Both the position numbers and the translations under genes were made by a program. 48,949 nt of DNA from Chloroflexota bacterium (GTDB taxonomy: Bacteria; Chloroflexota; Chloroflexia; QHBQ01). Under the pieces are notes generated by a model, which was not told where the DNA came from, searched no databases, and saw nothing but the letters and a program-made list of their open reading frames with translations. Positions 18,805 to 29,297 of the stretch are shown in pieces. The stretch covers positions 1 through 48,949 of the forward strand of contig JAYUUN010000040.1 of assembly GCA_043754535.1 (NCBI GenBank), in the 5' to 3' direction. Positions within the stretch are counted from its first letter, which is position 1. Every line of letters starts with the position of its first letter.

Positions 18805-20448
18805 ATGATCAAGCTCGAAAAGCTCAGTTACCGCTATCCTACCGCCAGCGAGTTTGCTCTGCGCGAGGTTGACCTCAGCGTGCCAGAGGGGGCGTTCGTG
18901 CTGCTGGTTGGCGGCAGCGGGGCGGGCAAGTCTACCCTGCTACGGGCTATCGCTGGGCTGGTGCCTCACTTCTACGGTGGCGAGTTTGGCGGGCGGGTGC
19001 TAGTAGACGGCGTGGACACCCTCACTGTGCAGCCTCAACAGTTGGGCGGCAGGGTCGGCTTCGTCTTCCAGGACCCAGAGGCGCAGGCGGTGACAGAGGA
19101 GGTAGAAGGCGAAATCGCTTTCGGCATGGAGAACCTCGGCCTCGACCCCGCCCTGATACGGCGGCGGCTAGAGGAGTTGATGCATCAACTCGACCTCGAC
19201 CAGCTACGCACCCGTGCGATCAGCAGCCTGAGCGGGGGTGAGCGGCAGCGGCTGGCGATTGCGGCGGCCCTGGCAATGCAGCCTGCCATCCTGGTGCTGG
19301 ACGAGCCGACTTCGCAACTCGATCCGCAAAGCGCGGAGGAGGTGCTGACCCTGCTGCAAAAGCTGAACAGCGACCTGGGTATGACGATCATCCTCTCTGA
19401 ACATCGGCTGGAGCGGGTGGTGCAGTATGCTGACCGCCTGCTCTACATGGCGGCTGGGCGCATCGTTGCCGACGGGCCACCCCGCGAGGCTCTGGCCCAG
19501 GTACCGCTCACCCCGCCATTGCTGACTCTGGCGAAGCGGTTGGGCTGGCAACCGCTGCCGCTTACTGTGCGTGAGGCGAGGCCGTTTGCCCGTTCACTCA
19601 TCTCCACCCTGCCAGCCCCTGCAAGCGGGGAAGGTGCTGCCCTGTTTAGCCCCACTCTGCCCGCCGCAAAAGAAGGCAGCACGGGCTTGCGTGAGGTGTG
19701 GTTTGGTTATGGTAGGCGGGAGGTGTTGCGCGGGGTCAACCTCGACATTCAGGGGGGCGCGGTGCTGGCGATCATCGGGCGCAATGGCGGCGGCAAGACT
19801 ACGCTGCTCAAGCTGCTGATCGGGCTGCTGCGTCCGCAGCGGGGTGATGTTCGCGTGCTGGGGCGCAATGTGGCTGGGCTTGACCCCAGCCAGATCGCGC
19901 AGCACGTTGGCTACGTGCCGCAGAATCCGGCTAGCCTGCTCTTTGCCGACACGGTAGCCGACGAGTTGCGCTTCACCTTGCGCGGCCACAAGCTGGCGGT
20001 AGATGAGGCTCGGATCACCGACTTGCTGATTGCCCTTGGCCTCAGCGGGTTGGCCGACCGCTACCCGCGTGACCTTAGCATCGGCCAGCAACAGCGGGTG
20101 GCGATTGCTGCCCTGCTCGTCGCTGACCCTGCCCTGGTACTGTTGGATGAGCCAACTCGCGGGCTGGATTACGAGAGCAAGGCGGCATTGGTCGCTTACC
20201 TGCGCTGGTTGCGGACAGCGGGCCGGGCGGTAGTGCTTGTCACCCACGACGTAGAGTTGGTCGCCGAAGTCGCTGACCGGGTGGCTCTACTGGCGGCGGG
20301 CGAGATCGCGGTGGACGGCCCGACTCGCGCCGTCCTCAGCGAGTCGCTGATCTTCTCCTCACAGATCGGCAAGCTGACCAACGGACGGTTCCTGACGGTG
20401 GCCGAGACGATGGCGGGGCAAGATGTGGGGGTGCAAGATGCGGGATGA
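18805..20448 (+). CDS. ECF transporter duplicated ATPase (EcfA-EcfA' fusion)
   Basis: Two NBDs: GGSGAGKST/FQDPE/LSGGE/LDEPT and GRNGGGKTT/PQNP/LSIGQ/LDEPT. Confidence 0.93.
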   Translation: MIKLEKLSYRYPTASEFALREVDLSVPEGAFVLLVGGSGAGKSTLLRAIAGLVPHFYGGEFGGRVLVDGVDTLTVQPQQLGGRVGFVFQDPEAQAVTEEVEGEIAFGMENLGLDPALIRRRLEELMHQLDLDQLRTRAISSLSGGERQRLAIAAALAMQPAILVLDEPTSQLDPQSAEEVLTLLQKLNSDLGMTIILSEHRLERVVQYADRLLYMAAGRIVADGPPREALAQVPLTPPLLTLAKRLGWQPLPLTVREARPFARSLISTLPAPASGEGAALFSPTLPAAKEGSTGLREVWFGYGRREVLRGVNLDIQGGAVLAIIGRNGGGKTTLLKLLIGLLRPQRGDVRVLGRNVAGLDPSQIAQHVGYVPQNPASLLFADTVADELRFTLRGHKLAVDEARITDLLIALGLSGLADRYPRDLSIGQQQRVAIAALLVADPALVLLDEPTRGLDYESKAALVAYLRWLRTAGRAVVLVTHDVELVAEVADRVALLAAGEIAVDGPTRAVLSESLIFSSQIGKLTNGRFLTVAETMAGQDVGVQDAG

Positions 20449-21244
20449 GTCCATGCAAGGCCGCCTGATCGCTAACCTGGCCCTGCTTCTCAGCACGCTG
20501 TTGGGGCTGGCGATGCTACTCTGGCCCTTCTTCGCCAGTGCAGTCCCGCCCCTGGCTGCCACCCTGCTGCTCGGAGTGCTGGTGCTGGTGGTTGGCCTCG
20601 GTGCCGTGCAGGGGCAAGAGTTGGACGCGAAGGGTGTTGCTCTACTGGCAGTGCTGGCGGCCCTGAACGGCGCATTGCGGCTGCTGCCTACCTTTGGCGG
20701 AGCCTCCCCGATCTTCTTCCTGCTGCTGGTCGGAGGCTACGTGTTTGGAGCGGGTTTCGGCTTCCTTTTTGGCGCACTAACCATCTTCGTTTCGGCGATA
20801 GTGACTGGCGGCTTTGGTCCCTGGCTGCCCTACCAGATGCTGGCTGCCGCCTGGCTGGGAGCGAGTGCGGGGCTACTTGGTCGGTTGCTGCGCCGTTGGC
20901 AGTCTAGCATGGCCCTCAACCTGGCTGCGCTTGGCCTGCTGGGGCTGGGTTGGGGCTTGCTCTACGGTGCCTTGCTCAACCTCTGGTTCTGGCCCGCCTC
21001 TGCCGACGCAACTAACCTCAGCAGCAGCGGCCTGGAGCGGGTTGGCGAACTGCTCAGCCGCTTCATCATCTTCTACTTCGCCACCTCGTTCGCCTACGAT
21101 CTCTGGCGATCCGCCCTCAACCTGTTGCTGGTGCTGACCCTCGGTGGGGCAACGCTAAAGATACTCTACCGCTTCCAGCGTCGCTTCTACTACACGCGGT
21201 TGACCACGCTCAAGGAAGATGACTATGCCAAAGCCGTCGCCTGA
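20438..21244 (+). CDS. ECF S component, CbrT-like (cobalamin)
   Basis: LAVLAALNGALR..GASPIFFL..GYVFGAGFGF..GPWLPYQM; multi-TM; in a B12-riboswitch operon. Confidence 0.87.
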   Translation: MRDESMQGRLIANLALLLSTLLGLAMLLWPFFASAVPPLAATLLLGVLVLVVGLGAVQGQELDAKGVALLAVLAALNGALRLLPTFGGASPIFFLLLVGGYVFGAGFGFLFGALTIFVSAIVTGGFGPWLPYQMLAAAWLGASAGLLGRLLRRWQSSMALNLAALGLLGLGWGLLYGALLNLWFWPASADATNLSSSGLERVGELLSRFIIFYFATSFAYDLWRSALNLLLVLTLGGATLKILYRFQRRFYYTRLTTLKEDDYAKAVA

Positions 21245-21407
21245 GCCGAGCAACCAGCCCACCAACCCCCCACCAGCAGCGGAGCAGGAGCTACCTGCTA
21301 GCTACCCCTTCGATGCTGACGGCGCACTCTGCCGCGAGTTCCTGCTTGAGCGCGGTTACTGCTGCGGCAACGGCTGCCGCAACTGCCCCTACGAGGAGGG
21401 GGAATGA
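21225..21407 (+). CDS. Small Cys-rich DUF5522-like protein
   Basis: FLLERGYCCGNGCRNCPY motif; AAGGA RBS; overlaps the S-component stop. Alternative start 21219. Confidence 0.8.
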   Translation: MPKPSPEPSNQPTNPPPAAEQELPASYPFDADGALCREFLLERGYCCGNGCRNCPYEEGE

Positions 21408-21515
21408 CGAGCGGCTGCTAGTTTGTTTCTCCTATCTACCTTGCTACTGTGTTATAATAGCCTTGCGAACCAAAATATAGGCGGGCCGTTATCTGGTGCG
21501 GCAAGGGGGCAGCTA

Positions 21516-21953
21516 ATGGCCGGTGAGTTGATCCTGGTGGTAGAAGACAATTTCGATAGCCGCGACATGGTGAAGATACTACTTACCCTGCGTGGTTATC
21601 GGGTGATCGAAGCGGTCAACGGGCGCGAAGCAGTCAACATCTGCATGGCCGCTGGCAAAGACGGCCCCCAACCCGACCTAATCTTGATGGACCTCTCGCT
21701 GCCCATCCTTGACGGCTGGCAAGCGGTGCGAATGATCCGTGCCTTGCCAGAGTTCGTCAGCCGCCCCATCGTCGCTCTCACTGCCAACGTTCTCAGCGAC
21801 GACCGTGACCTGGCTCTGCAAGCCGGGTGTAGTGCCTACCTGACCAAGCCGATCACGATCAACGCCCTCGTCAGTATGGTTGAGCAGCAGTTGGCCGAGT
21901 ACCATTCTTCGTCCGCGACCCTGCCGCCCCAGCCCAGCGTACCCAGCAACTAG
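21516..21953 (+). CDS. Single-domain response regulator (DivK/CheY-like)
   Basis: ILVVEDN, DLILMDLSLPILDG, ALTAN, YLTKP; extended -10 TGTTATAAT at 21450-21458. Confidence 0.92.
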   Translation: MAGELILVVEDNFDSRDMVKILLTLRGYRVIEAVNGREAVNICMAAGKDGPQPDLILMDLSLPILDGWQAVRMIRALPEFVSRPIVALTANVLSDDRDLALQAGCSAYLTKPITINALVSMVEQQLAEYHSSSATLPPQPSVPSN

Positions 21954-21964
21954 AGTAGCCAGCC

Positions 21965-24523
21965 ATGACCAGCGCAGCCACCGTCCAACCCGCAAGTAGC
22001 GACCGCGAACTATCGGTCGAACGCGACCTGACCACCATGCTATCCAGCCTGGCCGAGATCGTGCAGTTCGATCAGGCCTCCGTGCTGCTGCGCCAGCCAG
22101 AGAGCGACGACCTGATGTTTGTCGCCTACTGGTCAGCTCGCCCGATCAGCTACAATCCAGTTGGCCTCAGCTTGCCGCCTGGTCGCGGGATCGTGCAGCG
22201 GGTAGCCCAGAGCGGGCGGGCAGCGATCATCACCCACCCCGGTCGCGACCCCGAATACTTCAACCTGGATGCTGTGTACGGCAAGATTGGCCCACCCACT
22301 TCGATGGGTGAACTGGCTCTGCCCCTGGTGGTGGACGGTGAGGTGATCGGTGTCCTCAACCTGGAGAGTCGCAAGCCCGGCACCCTGGGGCAGGAGGAGT
22401 TGCAGAAGGTTAAGCCTGCGGCCCGCCTGATCGCCGCTGCCCTCAACTACACCCGCCGCTATACCCATCTGCGCGACCAGTACCAGCACCTTGAGGCGCA
22501 GTTGCAGGAGGCGGAGAGCCATTTGGAGCAGGTGAGCGCAACCGAGGCCGAGGTTAGCCACTCCCGCGACCGCTTGGGGAGGCGGCTGGGGGGCCTCTTT
22601 GCCATGCACCGGGTTGGCACCGAGATCAGCGGCACCCTCGACCGCCAGGCTCTGCTCGATCACATAGTGGCGGTCGTCACTGGCGAGTTCGGCTACGAGT
22701 TCGGCCTGATCATGCTGGTGGAGGGAGCGCAGTTGGTCGCCCGCTCTGGGTTGCTGGCCGAACGGCGCATCACCCCCAGTCTTGCTCTCCCCTTTGACCC
22801 TGCCCAACCTTTGTGGGCGGCCTTGACCGACGAGGGCCGCCCAGTAGCTTGTAGCAGCGAGCAAAACGGCCTCTACTTGCCCCTGCTCAAGCAACTACAC
22901 CTCGGCAGCGCAATCATCACCCCGTTGCTCGGCGGCGGCAGGCTCGCTGGCTTGCTGATCGTCGGCTCGACCTTGTTGGCACAGGCGGATGCTGATGACC
23001 TCGATGTGTTTGCCATCATCGGCGGCCAACTGGTCGGCGCACTCTACAGCCTCGCGCAACTGAGCGACGCGGAGAAAAGGGCGCAGCAGTTGGAGTTGAT
23101 CTATCGCACCTCGTTGGAGATCACCCGCCAGCGCGAACTGCAAAATCTGCTCGATACTGTCACCCTACACTCGGTTAGCCTGCTCTCGGCCCGTGGGGCA
23201 GCGATCTACCTCTATGACAGCAGTCAGCATCGGCTGGAGTGCGTCACCTCCTACAATCTAGACCGCGATTACTGTGGTACCTACCTGGCGGTTGGTGAGG
23301 GGCTGGCCGGGCAGGTGGCTGCCAGCCGCCAGCCGCTCAGGGTCAACAACTACCGCACCTGGGAGGGGAAGGCAGCCCGCTATGCCGACTCCCCATTCAC
23401 CGCAGTGATCGCCAGCCCACTGCTTAACAAGCGCGGTAAGCTAATTGGCGTGCTGGATGTGTTGGACGACAGCGATCGGCGGGTGTTCAGCGACGATGAT
23501 GAGCAGATGTTGGTGTTGTTTACCAACCAGGCCGCCGCCGTGTTGGAGACAGCCCGCATCTACACCGACTTGCGGAGCGCGAACGAGCAGTTGCTCTCGA
23601 TCAGCCGCCTCAAGACCGAGTTCCTCTCTACCATCAGCCACGAACTGCGCACTCCGCTCAACTCGATCATTGGCTACGTTGATATGCTGCTTGATGGTCT
23701 GTTCGGCGAGTTGAACGAGGGCCAGCAGACCAGCCTGGGTCGGGTGCAGCGCAACGCAGGCACCTTGCTCAACCTGATCACGGACGTGCTGGACCTCTCC
23801 AAAATTGAGGCGGGCCGCTTTGAGTTGTTCACTGCTCCCTTCTCGGTGCGCGAACTGATCCTCACCGTCCTCAACACGGTCGGGCCGCTGGCCCAGCAGA
23901 AGAAGTTGGCTCTGCGCCACTATATTGACCCCCAACTGCCGCCCACCCTGGTCGGCGACTCTGACCGCCTGCAACAAATCCTGCTTAATCTCGCCTCTAA
24001 CGCAGTCAAGTTCACCAACACTGGCAGCGTGACGGTGCGGGCGCGGCGGGTGAGCAACGAACTCTATGCCCTAACCGTGACCGACACTGGCATCGGCATC
24101 CCCCAGGACAAGTACGCCCTGATCTTCGAGGAGTTCCGTCAAGCCGACGGCTCTACTACGCGGCAGTATGGCGGCACTGGCCTCGGTCTGGCAATCACGC
24201 GCCGCCTGGCGACCCTGATGGGCGGCACCGTGGCGGTCTTCAGCAAGGGCGAAGGGGAGGGTAGCACCTTTACTATCACTTTGCCGCTGATCAGCGAGCA
24301 GCCAGAGCCAGGTCAGTTCAGCCCGCCAGAGGTCTTGCCGCTGGACGAGGAGGAGGAGGAAACCCATCCGCAAGTGGAGTGGGACACACCCCGCATGATC
24401 GGCGACCGCGTTCTCAGTGCCGAGGGGCCGATCACCTTGCAAGAGGCGCACAGTGCGGAGGAGGGTGGCAGCCGGGTTAACGAGTTGCTCAAGGTTGCGA
24501 ACGAGAGGGAGGAAACGGTATGA
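21965..24523 (+). CDS. Cytoplasmic triple-GAF sensor histidine kinase
   Basis: Three GAF-like segments; [46 protein letters not shown]. Confidence 0.93.
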   Translation: MTSAATVQPASSDRELSVERDLTTMLSSLAEIVQFDQASVLLRQPESDDLMFVAYWSARPISYNPVGLSLPPGRGIVQRVAQSGRAAIITHPGRDPEYFNLDAVYGKIGPPTSMGELALPLVVDGEVIGVLNLESRKPGTLGQEELQKVKPAARLIAAALNYTRRYTHLRDQYQHLEAQLQEAESHLEQVSATEAEVSHSRDRLGRRLGGLFAMHRVGTEISGTLDRQALLDHIVAVVTGEFGYEFGLIMLVEGAQLVARSGLLAERRITPSLALPFDPAQPLWAALTDEGRPVACSSEQNGLYLPLLKQLHLGSAIITPLLGGGRLAGLLIVGSTLLAQADADDLDVFAIIGGQLVGALYSLAQLSDAEKRAQQLELIYRTSLEITRQRELQNLLDTVTLHSVSLLSARGAAIYLYDSSQHRLECVTSYNLDRDYCGTYLAVGEGLAGQVAASRQPLRVNNYRTWEGKAARYADSPFTAVIASPLLNKRGKLIGVLDVLDDSDRRVFSDDDEQMLVLFTNQAAAVLETARIYTDLRSANEQLLSISRLKTEFLSTISHELRTPLNSIIGYVDMLLDGLFGELNEGQQTSLGRVQRNAGTLLNLITDVLDLSKIEAGRFELFTAPFSVRELILTVLNTVGPLAQQKKLALRHYIDPQLPPTLVGDSDRLQQILLNLASNAVKFTNTGSVTVRARRVSNELYALTVTDTGIGIPQDKYALIFEEFRQADGSTTRQYGGTGLGLAITRRLATLMGGTVAVFSKGEGEGSTFTITLPLISEQPEPGQFSPPEVLPLDEEEEETHPQVEWDTPRMIGDRVLSAEGPITLQEAHSAEEGGSRVNELLKVANEREETV

Positions 24524-24798
24524 TTACCGCAATCGTGATGATTGGAGCCGAGCGGCAGCGCATCCCGGCCACCGCCGAGGCTCTACTGGCGATCCCGGAG
24601 GTGAAGGAGGTCTACTCTGTCACTGGCGAGTACGATCTGGTTGCTATCGTGCGGGTGAAGGAGTACGAGGCGTTGGCCGACGTGGTGACCAGCCGCTTTG
24701 CCGCGATCAGCGCGGTCACTAGTACGCGCACGATGGTGGCCTTCCAGTGCTACTCGCGCAAGGACATGGAAGCGATCTGGTCGATAGGGCTGGATTAA
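24520..24798 (+). CDS. Stand-alone Lrp/AsnC ligand-binding (RAM) domain protein
   Basis: IPEVKEVYSVTGEYDLVAIV..TSTRTMVAF; no HTH; ATGA overlap with the kinase. Confidence 0.88.
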   Translation: MITAIVMIGAERQRIPATAEALLAIPEVKEVYSVTGEYDLVAIVRVKEYEALADVVTSRFAAISAVTSTRTMVAFQCYSRKDMEAIWSIGLD

Positions 24799-24812
24799 GC
24801 GCAACTGAACGG

Positions 24813-25163
24813 ATGAATATGGACATGGACAAAGAGAAGCAGCCAACCAGCGACACTGCTGCCCTGCCCGACTACCTGCTAGCCGCTGAGGAGGAGGCAG
24901 CCGCCACCTACGCTGCCACCCCCCGCCGCCAGCGGCAGCCCCGACCCCAGGCTGATCCCTGGCAGCAAAGGGCAGAAGCTGACCACCTGCCAGAGTACGC
25001 CAACGAAGACCTCTCGGCCCAATACTACCCGCCGAAGCAGGCTAGCGCACGCCAGCGCAGGTGGACGGAATGGCTGTTCCTTGCCCTCGGCCTCATCTTC
25101 GCGCTCGGCATCATCGTGGCGACGCTGCTGGCGATCCCCGACCTGTTCAGCCCGCACTACTAA
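24813..25163 (+). CDS. Hypothetical protein with a C-terminal TM helix
   Basis: Disordered N-terminus, then RRWTEWLFLALGLIFALGIIVATLL; start uncertain. Confidence 0.65.
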   Translation: MNMDMDKEKQPTSDTAALPDYLLAAEEEAAATYAATPRRQRQPRPQADPWQQRAEADHLPEYANEDLSAQYYPPKQASARQRRWTEWLFLALGLIFALGIIVATLLAIPDLFSPHY

Positions 25164-25179
25164 ACGGAGAAGTAAGTAA

Positions 25180-27729
25180 TTGAAGCATCGCTTGTTCCTG
25201 CTCGTCCTCGTCGTCAGCCTGCTGCTCCCGACCCTCGCACAGGCGCAGAGCCAGCCAGCCCCCAGCGGCGGCACCTCCACCGCGACGGCCACCGCTGACC
25301 CTCCCAGCGCAACCCCCAGCCCAGCCACGTCCCTGACCGTCACTCCCACCCCGACCGCTACTGCTACCCTGACTGCAACTGCGACTGCGGCTGTGATTGC
25401 CACTGCCACCACCACCGCAACTGTGACTGCCACCGCGACTGCGACAACTGCCCCGCCGCCAACGGCTACGCCCGCCGCCAACCAGTATGACGTGGTGGTA
25501 GTGGGCGGTACCTCGGCGGGCGTGGCGGCTGCGGTCGCCGCAGCCCGGCTGGGGGCGCGGGTTGCCCTGGTCGAGGAGAGCGGCTGGCTGGGCGGCATGG
25601 TCAGTGCGGGCGGCCTCGGCGCAACCGACGGCAACCCGACGGCGATCAGCGGCCTGTTCGAGCAGTTTCGCCTGGCAGTGCGTGCCTACTACCGCAGCCA
25701 GCGCAACAGCGGCCAACTGCAATGCTACAGCCCGCCGCCGCTGCTCGTGGATACCAACTTCGAGCAGCCAACGGTGGCTGGGGCGATGCAGGCTAAAGCG
25801 GGCGGCGGCAGCTATTACAGCGGCCACTCGCTCTACACCTGGTACACCAACACCGCTACTACCCCGCCGACGCACGCCGCCTACCTGCAAGTCTACAACC
25901 TGGTCTGCAATCTTGCGAATGACTACCCCACTGACGGCTTCACCTACGAGCCACTGGTGGCCCAGAACCAGATGAGGCAACTGCTGCAAGGGCTGACCGT
26001 CACTCTGATGCTCAACACAGCTTACAGCGGGGTGATCACTGTGGGTAACAGCGTGCGTGGGGTCTACGTCCTCAGCGAGGGGCAGAGCAGTGCGCTCTAC
26101 GGCAAAGTGGTGATCGATGCGACCAGCCGCGGTGACGTGCTGGCCGACGCTGGCACCCGCTGGCAGGACTATGCCTTTGGCCGCGAACGTAGCAGCACCG
26201 ATAATACCGCCCCGCTCCCTTTGCGTCCACGCACCTTTGACGAACTGGACGCGGGCAAGACCTTCGTGCCGCCCCAGGTTGGCGAGTCGGTCGGTGACGG
26301 TGACTACGGGCTGCAAGCCTACAGCTACCTGATGACCCTCGTCTACCAGCCGAGCCGCAGTATGCCGCACCCCTTTGCCAGTATTGCCGATCCACAGGGG
26401 CGCACTGGCGACCAGAACAGCCTCTATCAGGCCTATGTGCAGCAGTTTAGCACGACCAATGGCGCAAACAGCATCGGCTACTTCAACGACATCTGGTTCA
26501 ACTGGCGGCGGTTGCTGCCGAACAACAAGATCGAACTGAACTATGCCGACATCCCTGGCGGCAACTACCTCTCGGTCGAGCGCGAGGACAACTACCTGAC
26601 CAACCCCGCCAGCCGCTCGTCTATCGAGCAGCAGCACCGCCTCTACGCCCTCAGCTTTGTCTACTGGGCGCGCCAGCGGGTGCCTGCCGCCCAGGGCTGG
26701 CTGCCTACCAACGAGTACGGCACAGCAGACGGCCTGCCACCCTTGCTCTACATCCGCGAGGGTAATCGAATGATCGGTGAATACACCCTCAGCGAGCGCG
26801 ATTACGCCTGCTTCAGCCAGGGGTGCAGCACGGTCAGTCGCTACTTTACCGACAGCATCGCCACCGGCCAGTACGCCTTGGACTCGCATACTGTGCGCTT
26901 GATCGCTGACGGCAGCGGCGGGCAGTTCGCAGATGGCAATATGTGGTTGGGCAACAGCCAGCCCTACCAGGTGCCATACCGCGCAATCGTACCGCTCAGG
27001 TTGGATGGTCTGTTGGTGCCGCTGGCGGCCTCGGCCACCCACCTCGGCTTTGGCGCGTTGCGGATGGAGCCAGTGCGGGCGGCAATGGGTCAGGCGGCGG
27101 GGGTCGCGGCGGCGCAAGCGGCGGCAGCCAACATCCAGCCACGGGCAGTCAACCTGCGGGCGGTGCAGCGCGAACTGATCCGCCAGAAGGCAGCTACCTA
27201 CACCTACATTGATGTGCCAAATAGTTACTGGGCCTGGACTGCGATCAGTTGGCTCAATGCGCGTGGGGTAGTGCAGGGAACTGGGCCGAACCTGTTTGCA
27301 CCCAACGCCCAGGTGCGGCGGGCTGAGCTAGCCAAGATGCTGACCCAGGCGCAGGGCTGGCCGTTGCTCAACCCTGCTACCGCCACCTTCCGCGATGTGT
27401 CAGCCGGCAACTTTCTCTACCGCTACGTGGAGACTGCCTACGCTCATGGGGTGATCAGCGGCTACAGCGACGGCAACTTCCAGCCCTACGCCAGCGTAAC
27501 GCGGGAGCAGATGGCGAAGATGCTAGCCGCTGCGGCTGGCTTCGGCCCCCAACAGCCAGCCAACCCCAGCTTCAGCGACGTGTCGCCCAGCAATATCTTC
27601 TACGGCTGGGTAGAGGCCGCCCGACTGCACGGCCTGATGCAAGGGACGAGCGCGACCACCTTCTCGCCGCGCGGCACTCTGACGCGGGCGCAGGCGGCCC
27701 AGGCAGTCTTCAACCTGCTAGGCGAGTTA
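25180..27729 (+). CDS. Secreted SLH-anchored FAD-dependent oxidoreductase (FAD_oxidored family)
   Basis: Signal peptide, Thr-rich linker, YDVVVVGGTSAGVAAAVAAA, IDATSRGD, YIREGNRM, YQVPYRAIVP, SATHLGFGALRMEP, three SLH repeats. End given at TTA 27727-27729; the standard-code end is 27825. Confidence 0.9.
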
Positions 27730-29295
27730 GCCCTTAGCCAACTCGCGGCGGAACAGCAGCCAGTTGATCACGAAGAAGATCAGCCCCATCGTTGTCAGTG
27801 CGCCGATCACGTAGTCGGTCGGTAGCTGGCCGCGCAGCATGACCTGCTGGAAGCCCTGGATGCCGTGAGTGATCGGCAGCCCCTGCGCTCCATACTGCAC
27901 GTACTGGTTGAAGCTGCTGAGCGAGAGGAAGAAGCCGCTGAAGAAGACAGAGGTGAGCAGCACCAGCATCGACAACTGCACCGCCTGCGACTCGGTCTGC
28001 GAGATCAGGCTGATGAAGAAGCCCAGGCCCAGGCTGGCGAAGACCAGCGCGAGGGCAGTCAGGCTGAACCAGAGGGGGTCGCCCTTGAACGGCACGCCCA
28101 GCAGCGGGCTAACTAGCGCAGCGACCAGGGCAGCAGCGACCACCGCCACGAACAGGATGTAGGCAACGTACTTGCTGACCAGGATTTCGGTGGCGCGGAT
28201 CGGGGCGACGCGGAACAGTTCGAGCGTGCCAATTGTCCGCTCACGCACTAGCGAGAGGGCCGCGAAGGTGACAGCGATGTGTTGGAGCAGCAAGGCGAGG
28301 ACGGCAGGGGTGTAGTAGTTGATGAAGTTAATCTCAACGCCGTTGGGGTTGTCCTCCTTGCTGGCCTCATTCTTGACGATGGCGCGGAAGGGGGAGACGA
28401 GGACACCAGGGGCGATGTTGGTGATCTGCCCAGTCGTCGCTTCCAGGGTAGCGAGGTCTTCATCTACCTGCTTGAGGCGTTGCACCTGCTGCTCCCGACT
28501 CGCCTGGCCGCGCAGGGCATCGCTGCGGATCGCTTGCACGTTGTCGTTCAGGCGGCGGATGGCAGTCTGCGCCTTGTTGATGCTGTCTACCTTCTGCTGC
28601 CCTGCTGGGCTGATCGGTAGTGTTGCTAGCTGGTCGTTGTTCACGGCACCGCCTGCGACGGCGAGAACTACCAGGACGGAGTTGCTGCTGGTCAGCAGGT
28701 CGCCACTCTCCTTCGTCACCGCCTGCACGTCGTTGGCCTGCAAGCCCACCTGCAAGCGGTTGACCGCCTGGCGCAACTGGCCCACCTGCCCCTGCAAGTC
28801 GGTGAGGCCCGCCTGCCCCTGCTTAAAGCCTGCTTCGAGGATGCGCTTGTTCAGTTCATTAGAATAGGCATAGGTAAGGAAGTAGACGATGTTGATCTTC
28901 ACCGGGTCAATCTCATTGACGTTGAGCCGCAATTCGGCTTGCTTGCCGCCCAGGATGTCGCTGTAGGGGTCGGTAGGGATCACCGCCACCGCATCTACGC
29001 GGCGGTCATGTAGTTCACTCATCGCCCGGCCCAGGTCTTCCGTCACTTCACGCACGTCCAGTTGCTCAACGGCAAACTGCTTCTTGATCTCCGCGCTGCG
29101 AGACTGCGTCCCTGGCGGCCCCACGATGATCGTAGTCAGGCTCTGCTGCTTGCTGACATAGCCGATACCGAAGATAAAGAGGATGAGGAAGGGGCCAAGT
29201 ACCAGGGTAAAGACTAGGCGCAACTGCCGCCGCACCTCGGCTACCTCCTTGCCCAAAAACGCGCTGAGGCGCACCAGCATCTTGACTAGCGGCAT
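27727..29295 (-). CDS. ABC-2 type exporter permease with a large extracytoplasmic helical domain
   Basis: FLGKEVAEVRR, SLVRERTIGTLELFRVAP, 1+5 TM topology. Confidence 0.9.
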   Translation of the reverse strand: MPLVKMLVRLSAFLGKEVAEVRRQLRLVFTLVLGPFLILFIFGIGYVSKQQSLTTIIVGPPGTQSRSAEIKKQFAVEQLDVREVTEDLGRAMSELHDRRVDAVAVIPTDPYSDILGGKQAELRLNVNEIDPVKINIVYFLTYAYSNELNKRILEAGFKQGQAGLTDLQGQVGQLRQAVNRLQVGLQANDVQAVTKESGDLLTSSNSVLVVLAVAGGAVNNDQLATLPISPAGQQKVDSINKAQTAIRRLNDNVQAIRSDALRGQASREQQVQRLKQVDEDLATLEATTGQITNIAPGVLVSPFRAIVKNEASKEDNPNGVEINFINYYTPAVLALLLQHIAVTFAALSLVRERTIGTLELFRVAPIRATEILVSKYVAYILFVAVVAAALVAALVSPLLGVPFKGDPLWFSLTALALVFASLGLGFFISLISQTESQAVQLSMLVLLTSVFFSGFFLSLSSFNQYVQYGAQGLPITHGIQGFQQVMLRGQLPTDYVIGALTTMGLIFFVINWLLFRRELAKG

Positions 29296-29297
29296 CG

